From positions 1,664,001 through 1,728,000 of the forward strand of contig CAVQMM010000001.1 in assembly GCA_963713615.1 (NCBI GenBank): a stretch of DNA of 64,000 nt, written 5' to 3'. A program made the position numbers and the translations under genes. The DNA comes from an uncultured Chlamydiae bacterium (GTDB lineage Bacteria > Chlamydiota > Chlamydiia > Chlamydiales > JAJFMA01). This document shows positions 10,841 through 19,631 of the stretch, one piece after another (position 1 is the first letter of the stretch; each line of letters starts with the position of its first letter). Under the pieces are notes generated by a model, which was not told the origin of the DNA, ran no database searches, and worked only from the letters and a program-made list of their open reading frames with translations.

Positions 10841-11632
10841 ATGGACGTTCGTGGTGCTGGAATCATCCCGTGTGCTTCCTATGGGGGTGAAGAGTACCTT
10901 CTCCTCGGCGAGCAAGGTTGTACCATTAACAGAGAATGGGGAGATCTGGGTGGCAAACGTGATCCTGGAGAATCCGTGCACGCCACGGCTGCTCGCGAGG
11001 CACACGAGGAAAGTCGCGGTGTGCTGGGTTCAACGCTGGGACTCATTTTCCGAACCTTCTGGCCCATGGAGACTATTGCACTACGTCAATACCGTAGTTA
11101 TCTCTGTCGATGGAGGATCTCAAATCTCTGCGATATTCCCAAGAGGTTTCAAAGAACCCACCGCCATGGACATGTCTTTAACGAAATGAACCAGTTGCAA
11201 TGGGTCAAAGCCTCGGAAGTCCATGACGCCGCTATGAACTACCGCCCTGGCTCCGGCAAATGCGTATGCACAGCCGCGGGTAAACGACTTGCTAGACGTT
11301 GCACCGGTGTGCTTCGCCGCAGCAGTGGCTATGCGCGCCACGCGGCAAGTCAAGTGGATCGCATTTCTACCTCCACAGGACATGCCTTGATTAACCTCAA
11401 GAATGGAAGAGCCTTTTTGGTAGAGCAGCGAGGTTCTTCAAGCGACAATCTCATCCTGAAAAGACACACTGGGCCTCAAAGCCTTTGGCAACGTATCAAA
11501 GACTTCTGTCTTGTATTGCTATTTCTTAAGCCTAACGAAGCCTCTAGCGCGGAACGTGAGGCAATCTTCCATGCCTTGCAACAAGAATCTCTAGTTCATC
11601 GCTTGTATCGCCGTGTGGAACGGTTCGTGTAG
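10841..11632 (+). CDS. Nudix hydrolase with C-terminal extension
   Basis: Nudix box GGKRDPGESVHATAAREAHEESRG; GAGG RBS. Confidence 0.85.
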   Translation: MDVRGAGIIPCASYGGEEYLLLGEQGCTINREWGDLGGKRDPGESVHATAAREAHEESRGVLGSTLGLIFRTFWPMETIALRQYRSYLCRWRISNLCDIPKRFQRTHRHGHVFNEMNQLQWVKASEVHDAAMNYRPGSGKCVCTAAGKRLARRCTGVLRRSSGYARHAASQVDRISTSTGHALINLKNGRAFLVEQRGSSSDNLILKRHTGPQSLWQRIKDFCLVLLFLKPNEASSAEREAIFHALQQESLVHRLYRRVERFV

Positions 11633-11772
11633 CCTTTTTTAACGCAAAAGCGCAAAGAAGAGCTCATGTGTGTGCATGCACGGCATAAGTAGGGTAAATA
11701 ACCCTACTTATGCCATGTATCATAACGGTGAGCTCTTCTTTGCGCCTTTGCGTTAAAAGGCTACACGAACCG
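11621..11772. mobile_element. 152-bp MITE/REP doublet (CGGTTCGTGTAGC..AACGCAAAGGCGCAAAG family)
   Basis: About 44-bp terminal IRs and an internal hairpin ggcataagtagggta-aa-taccctacttatgcc. Related copies at 19104-19138 and 28130-28185. Confidence 0.8.
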
Positions 11773-11787
11773 GTCTACTGAATCTCG

Positions 11788-11816
11788 TTGTGTTCAAGTT
11801 TGAGAGCGTTTATAAT
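11788..11816 (+). promoter_or_regulatory. Candidate sigma70/sigma66 promoter for the AAA+ ATPase
   Basis: TTGTGT-17 bp-TATAAT; a G11 run follows at 11848-11858. Confidence 0.4.
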
Positions 11817-11974
11817 ATGCTCACTACAAAGGGCTTTGTAAGTTTTCGGGGGGGGGGGATCATCATGTATATTCACACGCATCTGCATCCGTCCTAGTAA
11901 ATTTTATTTTCGGAAATGTGGCCATCTGCTTTCTCGCGATGGCACGTATTGTTATTTTATGGGGAGGTTTTCGG

Positions 11975-13645
11975 ATGGATTTTACATTTCGTTATGTAGT
12001 AGGTCCCGCCGTGGCAGTAACTAGCGTTATAACTACCGCTGTGGTTGTTGGGGGCGGCTATTTATATGCCGGCTTACAGGTAGCTCCGGATATGGATGTG
12101 GCCAATAAAATCAAGAATTTTCTCTTTGATAGAGTACCAGACAGCACGGAAGAGGGCGCTAAGGTATTTGTTCAAAAAGTTGGGGCTGGAACAATCAACG
12201 CTGTTGGCGAGGGTCTCAATTCGCCTCATTTTAAGGAAGCGTTAACGAAATTGATCAATTCCCTCGGAACAGTATTTACCTCAGGTCTAGGGGATCTAAA
12301 CCGGGTCATCGGGGACATGAGTAAGCATTTTGGCAACATCGGAACAAGTCTCGCTAAAAACCTCAAGGAAATCAGTGCGCCATCGCTACACGAAGTTGCG
12401 GGTATTTTTCGAGACTTCATGAAAAATATCTCTTTCACCATGATCACCACATGGGTGCCTACGATGGTCGCTTGGGGCGCGCTCTCTGTGGGAACTCCAC
12501 TGCTGCTAAGATATATCTACTATCGAGCCAAGCACATGATTGGCCGCCCCAGCCTAATGATCGAATATAAAACGATCACGATATTTACGCCGGTGAAGGA
12601 GCTTTGCTCCAAAATCACCCAACTCTTCAGGAATGCCTCTGAACAAATCAAAACACCCTTTTTCAATGCGGAAGTCACACGCCGTACGAATGAGATCATC
12701 AAAGCTACCTATAATATCAAAAAACATGGTGGAAACTTTCAAAATCTAATTCTCCATGGTCCTGGCGGTACTGGTAAGACGATGATCGCTAGCAAAATTG
12801 CTCGTGAAGCCGGCATGAACTATATCATGATGTCCGGAGGCGACCTAGCACAATACATCAAACGAGGCGAGCACGTCACCGAACTGAATAAAATGTTGAA
12901 ATTTGCCAACAATGGCTCGCAACCAACAATTCTCTTCATCGATGAAGCCGAGGCAATGTGTAAAAACCGCGATGTCCTCGATCAAGAGCATACCGAATTG
13001 CTCGACGGCTTTCTCAAACAAACAGGTGAAGCCAACAAGAATATGATGATTATTATGGCAACTAACCGCCTACATGACATCGACCCTGCTGTGTTAAGCC
13101 GCATGGACCATAAGGTGCATGTTGGCGCTCCTGACTATACCCAAAGGATGAATATCTTGAGGCAGTACGTTCAGCGGCAGTTTAGCAAAACCGATATCAA
13201 TAACTTCTTCACAGATAGGCAAATAGGATCCATCGCAAGCAGAACGACTGGTCTGACAGGCCGAGCCCTCGAGAAGCTCGTCAATGCCATCTACTGCAAG
13301 AAGGCGACCACGGATGACAATAAGCTAACCCAAAGACTGATCAATGAGTCCATCTACGACTTTGTCACGCAAGAACGAGATTTGCCTGGTGCGGAGCGCT
13401 CTTGGTTGTTTGTAGAGAGAATCAGCGACTTCTGGTACTTCACGATCCCTGCAATCAGCAACTATTGCATGGAGATCATTTCGGCCATTGGAGCAGTGCT
13501 GTCCGGTACCACAGACTTTGGTCTCAGTGAAGCTGTAACAGAGAAGATCAGAGACATGGGATACGCAGATTGGTTCGGAATACTTCCCAAGGCAGAGCCA
13601 AGACGCTGGTCTTTCTGGCCCAGTGCATTAGAACGGTACGTGTAA
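11975..13645 (+). CDS. Membrane-anchored AAA+ ATPase, ATAD3-like
   Basis: Walker A GPGGTGKT, Walker B ILFIDEAE, sensor ATN, SRH DPAVLSR; TM segments upstream. Start set at the ATG after a GGAGG RBS. Confidence 0.85.
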   Translation: MDFTFRYVVGPAVAVTSVITTAVVVGGGYLYAGLQVAPDMDVANKIKNFLFDRVPDSTEEGAKVFVQKVGAGTINAVGEGLNSPHFKEALTKLINSLGTVFTSGLGDLNRVIGDMSKHFGNIGTSLAKNLKEISAPSLHEVAGIFRDFMKNISFTMITTWVPTMVAWGALSVGTPLLLRYIYYRAKHMIGRPSLMIEYKTITIFTPVKELCSKITQLFRNASEQIKTPFFNAEVTRRTNEIIKATYNIKKHGGNFQNLILHGPGGTGKTMIASKIAREAGMNYIMMSGGDLAQYIKRGEHVTELNKMLKFANNGSQPTILFIDEAEAMCKNRDVLDQEHTELLDGFLKQTGEANKNMMIIMATNRLHDIDPAVLSRMDHKVHVGAPDYTQRMNILRQYVQRQFSKTDINNFFTDRQIGSIASRTTGLTGRALEKLVNAIYCKKATTDDNKLTQRLINESIYDFVTQERDLPGAERSWLFVERISDFWYFTIPAISNYCMEIISAIGAVLSGTTDFGLSEAVTEKIRDMGYADWFGILPKAEPRRWSFWPSALERYV

Positions 13646-13984
13646 CCTTTTTTAGACTAAAGGACATAAAGAGGTAATTGCGGAAGTATTTGGGCTCTCA
13701 TGGATCGGTTCTTTGAAAAAAATCACTTTTTTTTGTGAGAAGGCGATTCTGGAGAGCTTAAGTGGTATGGCACTATCCAGTCTGGAAAGACAGGCTTTTC
13801 TCCCTTCCCAGGCCCGAAGGGTCGATATTGCAACAGGCCATGGCATCGCCACATAGGCCTCAACCTAACAGGTCTTTTGAGCTTATATCTCAATGACTTA
13901 GGACTTCACAATCGTATCTCGGCGCGCAGCGCTTTGGAGTGCGGTCGCTTGCGACGTAAGCGTCAATTGAGGCCATCTGGCGAT

Positions 13985-15529
13985 TTATTCGGCAGTGGGG
14001 GCTGATGAGGTGGATGAGGCCTTTGCTTGTCGCCTGGCGGCAGCCCAAGCGTCGGGCAGAAGCTCGTGAAGTTTTTGAGAATTATGGGCTGGCAGGCGCC
14101 TCATCACATCCTCTAGGTATTCGTGGGGGTTGACTCCTATCGCGCGGCAGGTCTGTACCAGGCTTAGCAGTACGGCGGAAGCTTCCCCACCCTCCTCGCT
14201 TCCAATAAACATCCAGTTCTTGCGGCCAATAGCTAGAGGGCGTATCGCTCGCTCCGCTACATTGTTGTCGAGACGCGCAAATGCATGTTGGGTGTAGTTT
14301 TTCAGATGGGGAATTAAGCTGCAATAATAGCCTAGAGCCTCCCTTAGATTCGATTTGGGAAGAGCCTTGCCATTAACCAGCCGGTCCTTGATGCGTGCAG
14401 TCAGCTCATCTATTATTGGAGCTTCTTTCTCTTGTCTTATCCGCAGACGTTCCTCTGGAGAACGTTCCCAAGCAACTCTCTCTAACATAAATAGATATTT
14501 TATCTTGCGCAGTACCCAGCTAACAAATTTTTTATCGCCACCTACAGCGTCGAAAAACTTGCGCCGAATGTGACTCCAGCATGGACACCAAGTGAATTGC
14601 TTCTTATTAGCCAGTGCTTCATAGGCTCCATATTTATCCGAATGGACAACACCTTTATATCCAGCTAGTATTTCCACAGCATGCTTGTGGCAGCGGTCCG
14701 TGCGAAAATGATAGACTCGATAAGGCGGATTTTTTTCCTGCCCTCCAACGATCACCCACATAAAAGCCTGGTGCACCTTTCCCTTACCAGGGACAAGCAT
14801 GTCCACAGGAGATTCGTCCACAAAAACATTGTTGCTGCTGAGCACGCGAGCAATCATTTCTTCATATAGCGCCTTTAAGGCATATCCACAGCGCATTACC
14901 CACTTGCAAAGTATTTGTCGGCTGATGAGAATGCCCTCGCGAGCTAAGATTTCCGATTGACGAAATAAAGGAAGGTGATCGGCGAATTTTTTCACGATCA
15001 CACTGGCTAAAAGACTCTCATCGGCTTGACAGCGAGGAAAAATGCTATCTGGTAAATCTGCGATAAAAACGCCCTCTTCACTATGTGCTCTACATGCATA
15101 CTTGGGACGTACTAGCTCCTTGACGTAGTAGCTACCTGGCGTATGCGCTATTTTGTGAGTGACTTCTTCGCCAATTTTGACGAGGGCTTCACCCGTTGTA
15201 GGGCAAACTTTTTGATCCTCTGGCAAATCTAAAATACAGCGTTGAACGGGAATATTGTCTGGAAGCGTAATTTTATCTTTGCCATTGCGCCCCTGCTTAA
15301 CCCGTCGATGAGCAGGCACATTTATTGTCTCTTTTTGCTCTTCGGAACCAAGATTTTCGAAACCTTCCAGGTAGAGTTGTTGACCGCCATCGTCGACTAC
15401 TTTTTCCGAACGTTTCCCAAAAATCTGACGCCTAAACCATTCAAGCTGCTCCTTGAGAAAGCTATTCTCATTTCGCAGGGAATAAATTTCCGATTGAAGC
15501 TGTTCTAGTGATAGTGTTGAGGTTTCCAT
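13985..15529 (-). CDS. tnpC: IS66 DDE transposase
   Basis: FGKRSEK, zinc finger CPTTG..RPKYAC, KFADHLPLFRQ, VDES, HSDKY, CWSHIRRKF, DNNVAERAIRPLAIGRKNW. Confidence 0.97.
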   Translation of the reverse strand: METSTLSLEQLQSEIYSLRNENSFLKEQLEWFRRQIFGKRSEKVVDDGGQQLYLEGFENLGSEEQKETINVPAHRRVKQGRNGKDKITLPDNIPVQRCILDLPEDQKVCPTTGEALVKIGEEVTHKIAHTPGSYYVKELVRPKYACRAHSEEGVFIADLPDSIFPRCQADESLLASVIVKKFADHLPLFRQSEILAREGILISRQILCKWVMRCGYALKALYEEMIARVLSSNNVFVDESPVDMLVPGKGKVHQAFMWVIVGGQEKNPPYRVYHFRTDRCHKHAVEILAGYKGVVHSDKYGAYEALANKKQFTWCPCWSHIRRKFFDAVGGDKKFVSWVLRKIKYLFMLERVAWERSPEERLRIRQEKEAPIIDELTARIKDRLVNGKALPKSNLREALGYYCSLIPHLKNYTQHAFARLDNNVAERAIRPLAIGRKNWMFIGSEEGGEASAVLLSLVQTCRAIGVNPHEYLEDVMRRLPAHNSQKLHELLPDAWAAARRQAKASSTSSAPTAE

Positions 15530-15611
15530 ATGCTCTAAATCATATCACAGACCCCCTCTATTATCAAGTATTTTATCTAATAAAATGCACATTGTTTTTA
15601 GGATTTTAGGC

Positions 15612-16193
15612 TCAATGACTACTCTCCAACAACATTAGAAATTCTCGACGATCGATAGCGGAATCTGGAATGCTTCCATTGCGAAAACTTCCTTTTTCAA
15701 GTCGCTTGTACCAGACGGCATGACCATTACCATCCCAGTAAAAGACCTTCACTAGATTTCTACGACGATTTAAAAAAACGAAGTAGGCCCCGCAGGTAAA
15801 TTCGCCCGAGAACGAACTGTCAACAAGATTGCTCAAGCACTCAAATCCCTTTCGCATATCGATCGGCTCTTGATAGAGAAAGACACCCTTGTTTTTCTGA
15901 TATGACGACCTCAGAGTTTTGCTCGCAGACTTTAGGGTTAGATAGACGCTCTTCTGATCAAGCGAAAGCTTGAGCTCGGGCAGGGTAATGTCTATCCAAC
16001 CCGTCGAGGAAATGTGGTCGGGCGGGCTAACTTTAAAGCGTTGGTACCAGTACAAGAGCTGCTGGTAGCTTATATTGTTCTCTAGGCACCACCTGCGGCC
16101 ACTCTGACCGCTCGCCATCCATTGGTCTATGCGTCGAGCCCACTCAGAACGCTTCCTTTTGAAATCCATTAGTATCTCCATGGTTAGGGTCAT
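15612..16193 (-). CDS. IS66 accessory protein, TnpA-TnpB fusion
   Basis: N-terminal TnpA-type HTH (W..SGQSGRRWC....ISY..L.YW) fused in frame to IS66 TnpB (IDMRKGF, FVFLNRRR..VK.FYWDGNG..KRLEKG). Confidence 0.88.
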   Translation of the reverse strand: MTLTMEILMDFKRKRSEWARRIDQWMASGQSGRRWCLENNISYQQLLYWYQRFKVSPPDHISSTGWIDITLPELKLSLDQKSVYLTLKSASKTLRSSYQKNKGVFLYQEPIDMRKGFECLSNLVDSSFSGEFTCGAYFVFLNRRRNLVKVFYWDGNGHAVWYKRLEKGSFRNGSIPDSAIDRREFLMLLESSH

Positions 16194-16250
16194 GGAGAAA
16201 ACTTAGAACCTCGCGGAATTACGAAAAAGGTGGCTTCAATTGACGCTTAC

Positions 16251-16401
16251 CTTGCGACCGCTTTTCGTTCCTTGGGACGGCAATGCTAAACGGCATTGTA
16301 TGGATTCGTCGAAGGCTGCATGTACTAACTATTTTACCCTTAGGGAATTATAGTAATGCCGTTGCACACGACCGTCGCAAGGAACCCAAAGCGGTCGCAA
16401 G
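16251..16401. repeat. Inner arms and core of the interrupted REP doublet
   Basis: Homologous to 61278-61428, with the core in the opposite orientation. Confidence 0.9.
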
Positions 16402-16458
16402 GTAAGCGTCAATTGAAGCCACCTTTTTCGTAATTCCGCGAGGTTCTAAGTTTTCTCC

Positions 16459-17040
16459 ATGACCCTAACCATGGAGATACTAATGGATTTCAAAAGGAAG
16501 CGTTCTGAGTGGGCTCGACGCATAGACCAATGGATGGCGAGCGGTCAGAGTGGCCGCAGGTGGTGCCTAGAGAACAATATAAGCTACCAGCAGCTCTTGT
16601 ACTGGTACCAACGCTTTAAAGTTAGCCCGCCCGACCACATTTCCTCGACGGGTTGGATAGACATTACCCTGCCCGAGCTCAAGCTTTCGCTTGATCAGAA
16701 GAGCGTCTATCTAACCCTAAAGTCTGCGAGCAAAACTCTGAGGTCGTCATATCAGAAAAACAAGGGTGTCTTTCTCTATCAAGAGCCGATCGATATGCGA
16801 AAGGGATTTGAGTGCTTGAGCAATCTTGTTGACAGTTCGTTCTCGGGCGAATTTACCTGCGGGGCCTACTTCGTTTTTTTAAATCGTCGTAGAAATCTAG
16901 TGAAGGTCTTTTACTGGGATGGTAATGGTCATGCCGTCTGGTACAAGCGACTTGAAAAAGGAAGTTTTCGCAATGGAAGCATTCCAGATTCCGCTATCGA
17001 TCGTCGAGAATTTCTAATGTTGTTGGAGAGTAGTCATTGA
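16459..17040 (+). CDS. IS66 accessory protein, TnpA-TnpB fusion
   Basis: Identical translation to 15612-16193. Confidence 0.88.
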   Translation: MTLTMEILMDFKRKRSEWARRIDQWMASGQSGRRWCLENNISYQQLLYWYQRFKVSPPDHISSTGWIDITLPELKLSLDQKSVYLTLKSASKTLRSSYQKNKGVFLYQEPIDMRKGFECLSNLVDSSFSGEFTCGAYFVFLNRRRNLVKVFYWDGNGHAVWYKRLEKGSFRNGSIPDSAIDRREFLMLLESSH

Positions 17041-17122
17041 GCCTAAAATCCTAAAAACAATGTGCATTTTATTAGATAAAATACTTGATAATAGAGGGGG
17101 TCTGTGATATGATTTAGAGCAT

Positions 17123-18667
17123 ATGGAAACCTCAACACTATCACTAGAACAGCTTCAATCGGAAATTTATTCCCTGCGAAATGAGAATAGCTTTCTCAAG
17201 GAGCAGCTTGAATGGTTTAGGCGTCAGATTTTTGGGAAACGTTCGGAAAAAGTAGTCGACGATGGCGGTCAACAACTCTACCTGGAAGGTTTCGAAAATC
17301 TTGGTTCCGAAGAGCAAAAAGAGACAATAAATGTGCCTGCTCATCGACGGGTTAAGCAGGGGCGCAATGGCAAAGATAAAATTACGCTTCCAGACAATAT
17401 TCCCGTTCAACGCTGTATTTTAGATTTGCCAGAGGATCAAAAAGTTTGCCCTACAACGGGTGAAGCCCTCGTCAAAATTGGCGAAGAAGTCACTCACAAA
17501 ATAGCGCATACGCCAGGTAGCTACTACGTCAAGGAGCTAGTACGTCCCAAGTATGCATGTAGAGCACATAGTGAAGAGGGCGTTTTTATCGCAGATTTAC
17601 CAGATAGCATTTTTCCTCGCTGTCAAGCCGATGAGAGTCTTTTAGCCAGTGTGATCGTGAAAAAATTCGCCGATCACCTTCCTTTATTTCGTCAATCGGA
17701 AATCTTAGCTCGCGAGGGCATTCTCATCAGCCGACAAATACTTTGCAAGTGGGTAATGCGCTGTGGATATGCCTTAAAGGCGCTATATGAAGAAATGATT
17801 GCTCGCGTGCTCAGCAGCAACAATGTTTTTGTGGACGAATCTCCTGTGGACATGCTTGTCCCTGGTAAGGGAAAGGTGCACCAGGCTTTTATGTGGGTGA
17901 TCGTTGGAGGGCAGGAAAAAAATCCGCCTTATCGAGTCTATCATTTTCGCACGGACCGCTGCCACAAGCATGCTGTGGAAATACTAGCTGGATATAAAGG
18001 TGTTGTCCATTCGGATAAATATGGAGCCTATGAAGCACTGGCTAATAAGAAGCAATTCACTTGGTGTCCATGCTGGAGTCACATTCGGCGCAAGTTTTTC
18101 GACGCTGTAGGTGGCGATAAAAAATTTGTTAGCTGGGTACTGCGCAAGATAAAATATCTATTTATGTTAGAGAGAGTTGCTTGGGAACGTTCTCCAGAGG
18201 AACGTCTGCGGATAAGACAAGAGAAAGAAGCTCCAATAATAGATGAGCTGACTGCACGCATCAAGGACCGGCTGGTTAATGGCAAGGCTCTTCCCAAATC
18301 GAATCTAAGGGAGGCTCTAGGCTATTATTGCAGCTTAATTCCCCATCTGAAAAACTACACCCAACATGCATTTGCGCGTCTCGACAACAATGTAGCGGAG
18401 CGAGCGATACGCCCTCTAGCTATTGGCCGCAAGAACTGGATGTTTATTGGAAGCGAGGAGGGTGGGGAAGCTTCCGCCGTACTGCTAAGCCTGGTACAGA
18501 CCTGCCGCGCGATAGGAGTCAACCCCCACGAATACCTAGAGGATGTGATGAGGCGCCTGCCAGCCCATAATTCTCAAAAACTTCACGAGCTTCTGCCCGA
18601 CGCTTGGGCTGCCGCCAGGCGACAAGCAAAGGCCTCATCCACCTCATCAGCCCCCACTGCCGAATAA
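17123..18667 (+). CDS. tnpC: IS66 DDE transposase
   Basis: Identical translation to 13985-15529. Confidence 0.97.
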   Translation: METSTLSLEQLQSEIYSLRNENSFLKEQLEWFRRQIFGKRSEKVVDDGGQQLYLEGFENLGSEEQKETINVPAHRRVKQGRNGKDKITLPDNIPVQRCILDLPEDQKVCPTTGEALVKIGEEVTHKIAHTPGSYYVKELVRPKYACRAHSEEGVFIADLPDSIFPRCQADESLLASVIVKKFADHLPLFRQSEILAREGILISRQILCKWVMRCGYALKALYEEMIARVLSSNNVFVDESPVDMLVPGKGKVHQAFMWVIVGGQEKNPPYRVYHFRTDRCHKHAVEILAGYKGVVHSDKYGAYEALANKKQFTWCPCWSHIRRKFFDAVGGDKKFVSWVLRKIKYLFMLERVAWERSPEERLRIRQEKEAPIIDELTARIKDRLVNGKALPKSNLREALGYYCSLIPHLKNYTQHAFARLDNNVAERAIRPLAIGRKNWMFIGSEEGGEASAVLLSLVQTCRAIGVNPHEYLEDVMRRLPAHNSQKLHELLPDAWAAARRQAKASSTSSAPTAE

Positions 18668-19188
18668 ATCGCCAGATGGCCTCAATTGACGCTTACGTCG
18701 CAAGCGACCGCACTCCAAAGCGCTGCGCGCCGAGATACGATTGTTAGGCTTAGGTTGAGGCCTATGTGGCATCGCCATGGTATATGCCAGGAAGGGATTT
18801 CGCAGTCTGAAGGACTGCTACAAGACGCCAGTTTACAAACACCATTTATGCATGCGCTTTATGGCAGCCCTACAGGCTGCTAAAACCGTTTTGGCATATA
18901 CCATGGCGATGCCATGGCCTGTTGCAATATCGACCCTTCGGGCCTGGGAAGGGAATGACTCTCTCTTCACCGGCATCCGATTTTCAGGAAATTGACTTCG
19001 GAAAATCGGACTTCTGCAATTACCTCTAAAGGACTTAGGAAGCACACTCTACAAGTCCTTTATGTCTTTTATGTCCCTTTGGTCCTTTAGTCCATCCGTG
19101 ACCCTGCGCCTTTGCGTTAAAAAGAGCTACACGAACCGCTCACCAATATGGTATCAATGAATAAACATAGATACCTCCTGGAGTCGCT

Positions 19189-19602
19189 ATGGGAAAGACC
19201 GCAACATCCCTTCCAATATTGATCCGAGAAACCTTCTTAGATTCCTTTGGCCATGTCAACCACGCCAAGTATCTAACTCTCTTTGAAGATGCGCGCTGGG
19301 ACCTCATCACCAACAGTGGCTATGGTCTAAAAAAAATTCTTGAAACCGGCATCGGACCAACTGTTCTGGGAATCAATGTAAACTTCATGCGCGAACTTCG
19401 TGTAAGAGATGAAGTGATCATCGTCTCACACCTGATCTCCTACGAAAAGAAGATCGGTAAACTAGAGCAAAAGATGCTCCGTGGCGACGAAGTCTGTTGT
19501 ACTGCAGAAGTAACCTTTGGCCTCTTTAGCCTTAAAGAGCGCAAACTCGTCTTGCCTACTCCCGAATGGAAACAAGCTTTTCATCTTGAGGAATCATCAT
19601 GA
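19189..19602 (+). CDS. Acyl-CoA thioesterase (hot-dog fold, YbgC/FadM-like)
   Basis: LDSFGHVNHAKYLTLFEDAR motif. Confidence 0.9.
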   Translation: MGKTATSLPILIRETFLDSFGHVNHAKYLTLFEDARWDLITNSGYGLKKILETGIGPTVLGINVNFMRELRVRDEVIIVSHLISYEKKIGKLEQKMLRGDEVCCTAEVTFGLFSLKERKLVLPTPEWKQAFHLEESS

Positions 19603-19631
19603 ACGCCATCGTTGTCACCAAAGCATAATTG

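Larger units (their letters stand above)
13956..16250 (-). mobile_element. IS66-family insertion sequence, copy A (2295 bp)
   Basis: Terminal IRs GTAAGCGTCAATTGA(A/G)GCCA; 8-bp TSD CTTGCGAC at 13948-13955 and 16251-16258. Confidence 0.96.
16402..18696 (+). mobile_element. IS66-family insertion sequence, copy B (2295 bp, inverted twin of A)
   Basis: Same IRs; TSD GTCGCAAG at 16394-16401 and 18697-18704; identical encoded proteins. Confidence 0.96.
13634..19138. repeat. Nested multi-layer inverted-repeat complex enclosing two IS66 copies
   Basis: Symmetric arm pairs at 13634/19138, 13655/19092, 13671/19026, 13801/18954, 13848/18770 and 13908/18744. Confidence 0.85.

Noticed and set aside
15612..16193. 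TnpB as an RNA-guided (IS200/IS605) nuclease
   Set aside because: It is the unrelated IS66 accessory TnpB, with no RuvC or zinc-finger motifs.
13956..18696. Composite transposon carrying cargo
   Set aside because: Each IS has its own TSD and the 151-bp interior is the pre-existing REP core, not passenger DNA.
13652..18995. Short ORFs 13652-13852(-), 18686-18883(+), 18777-18995(+) and 18833-19045(-), some sharing MAMPWPVAISTLRAWEG
   Set aside because: They are translations of the inverted-repeat arms, with no RBS or protein-family signal.
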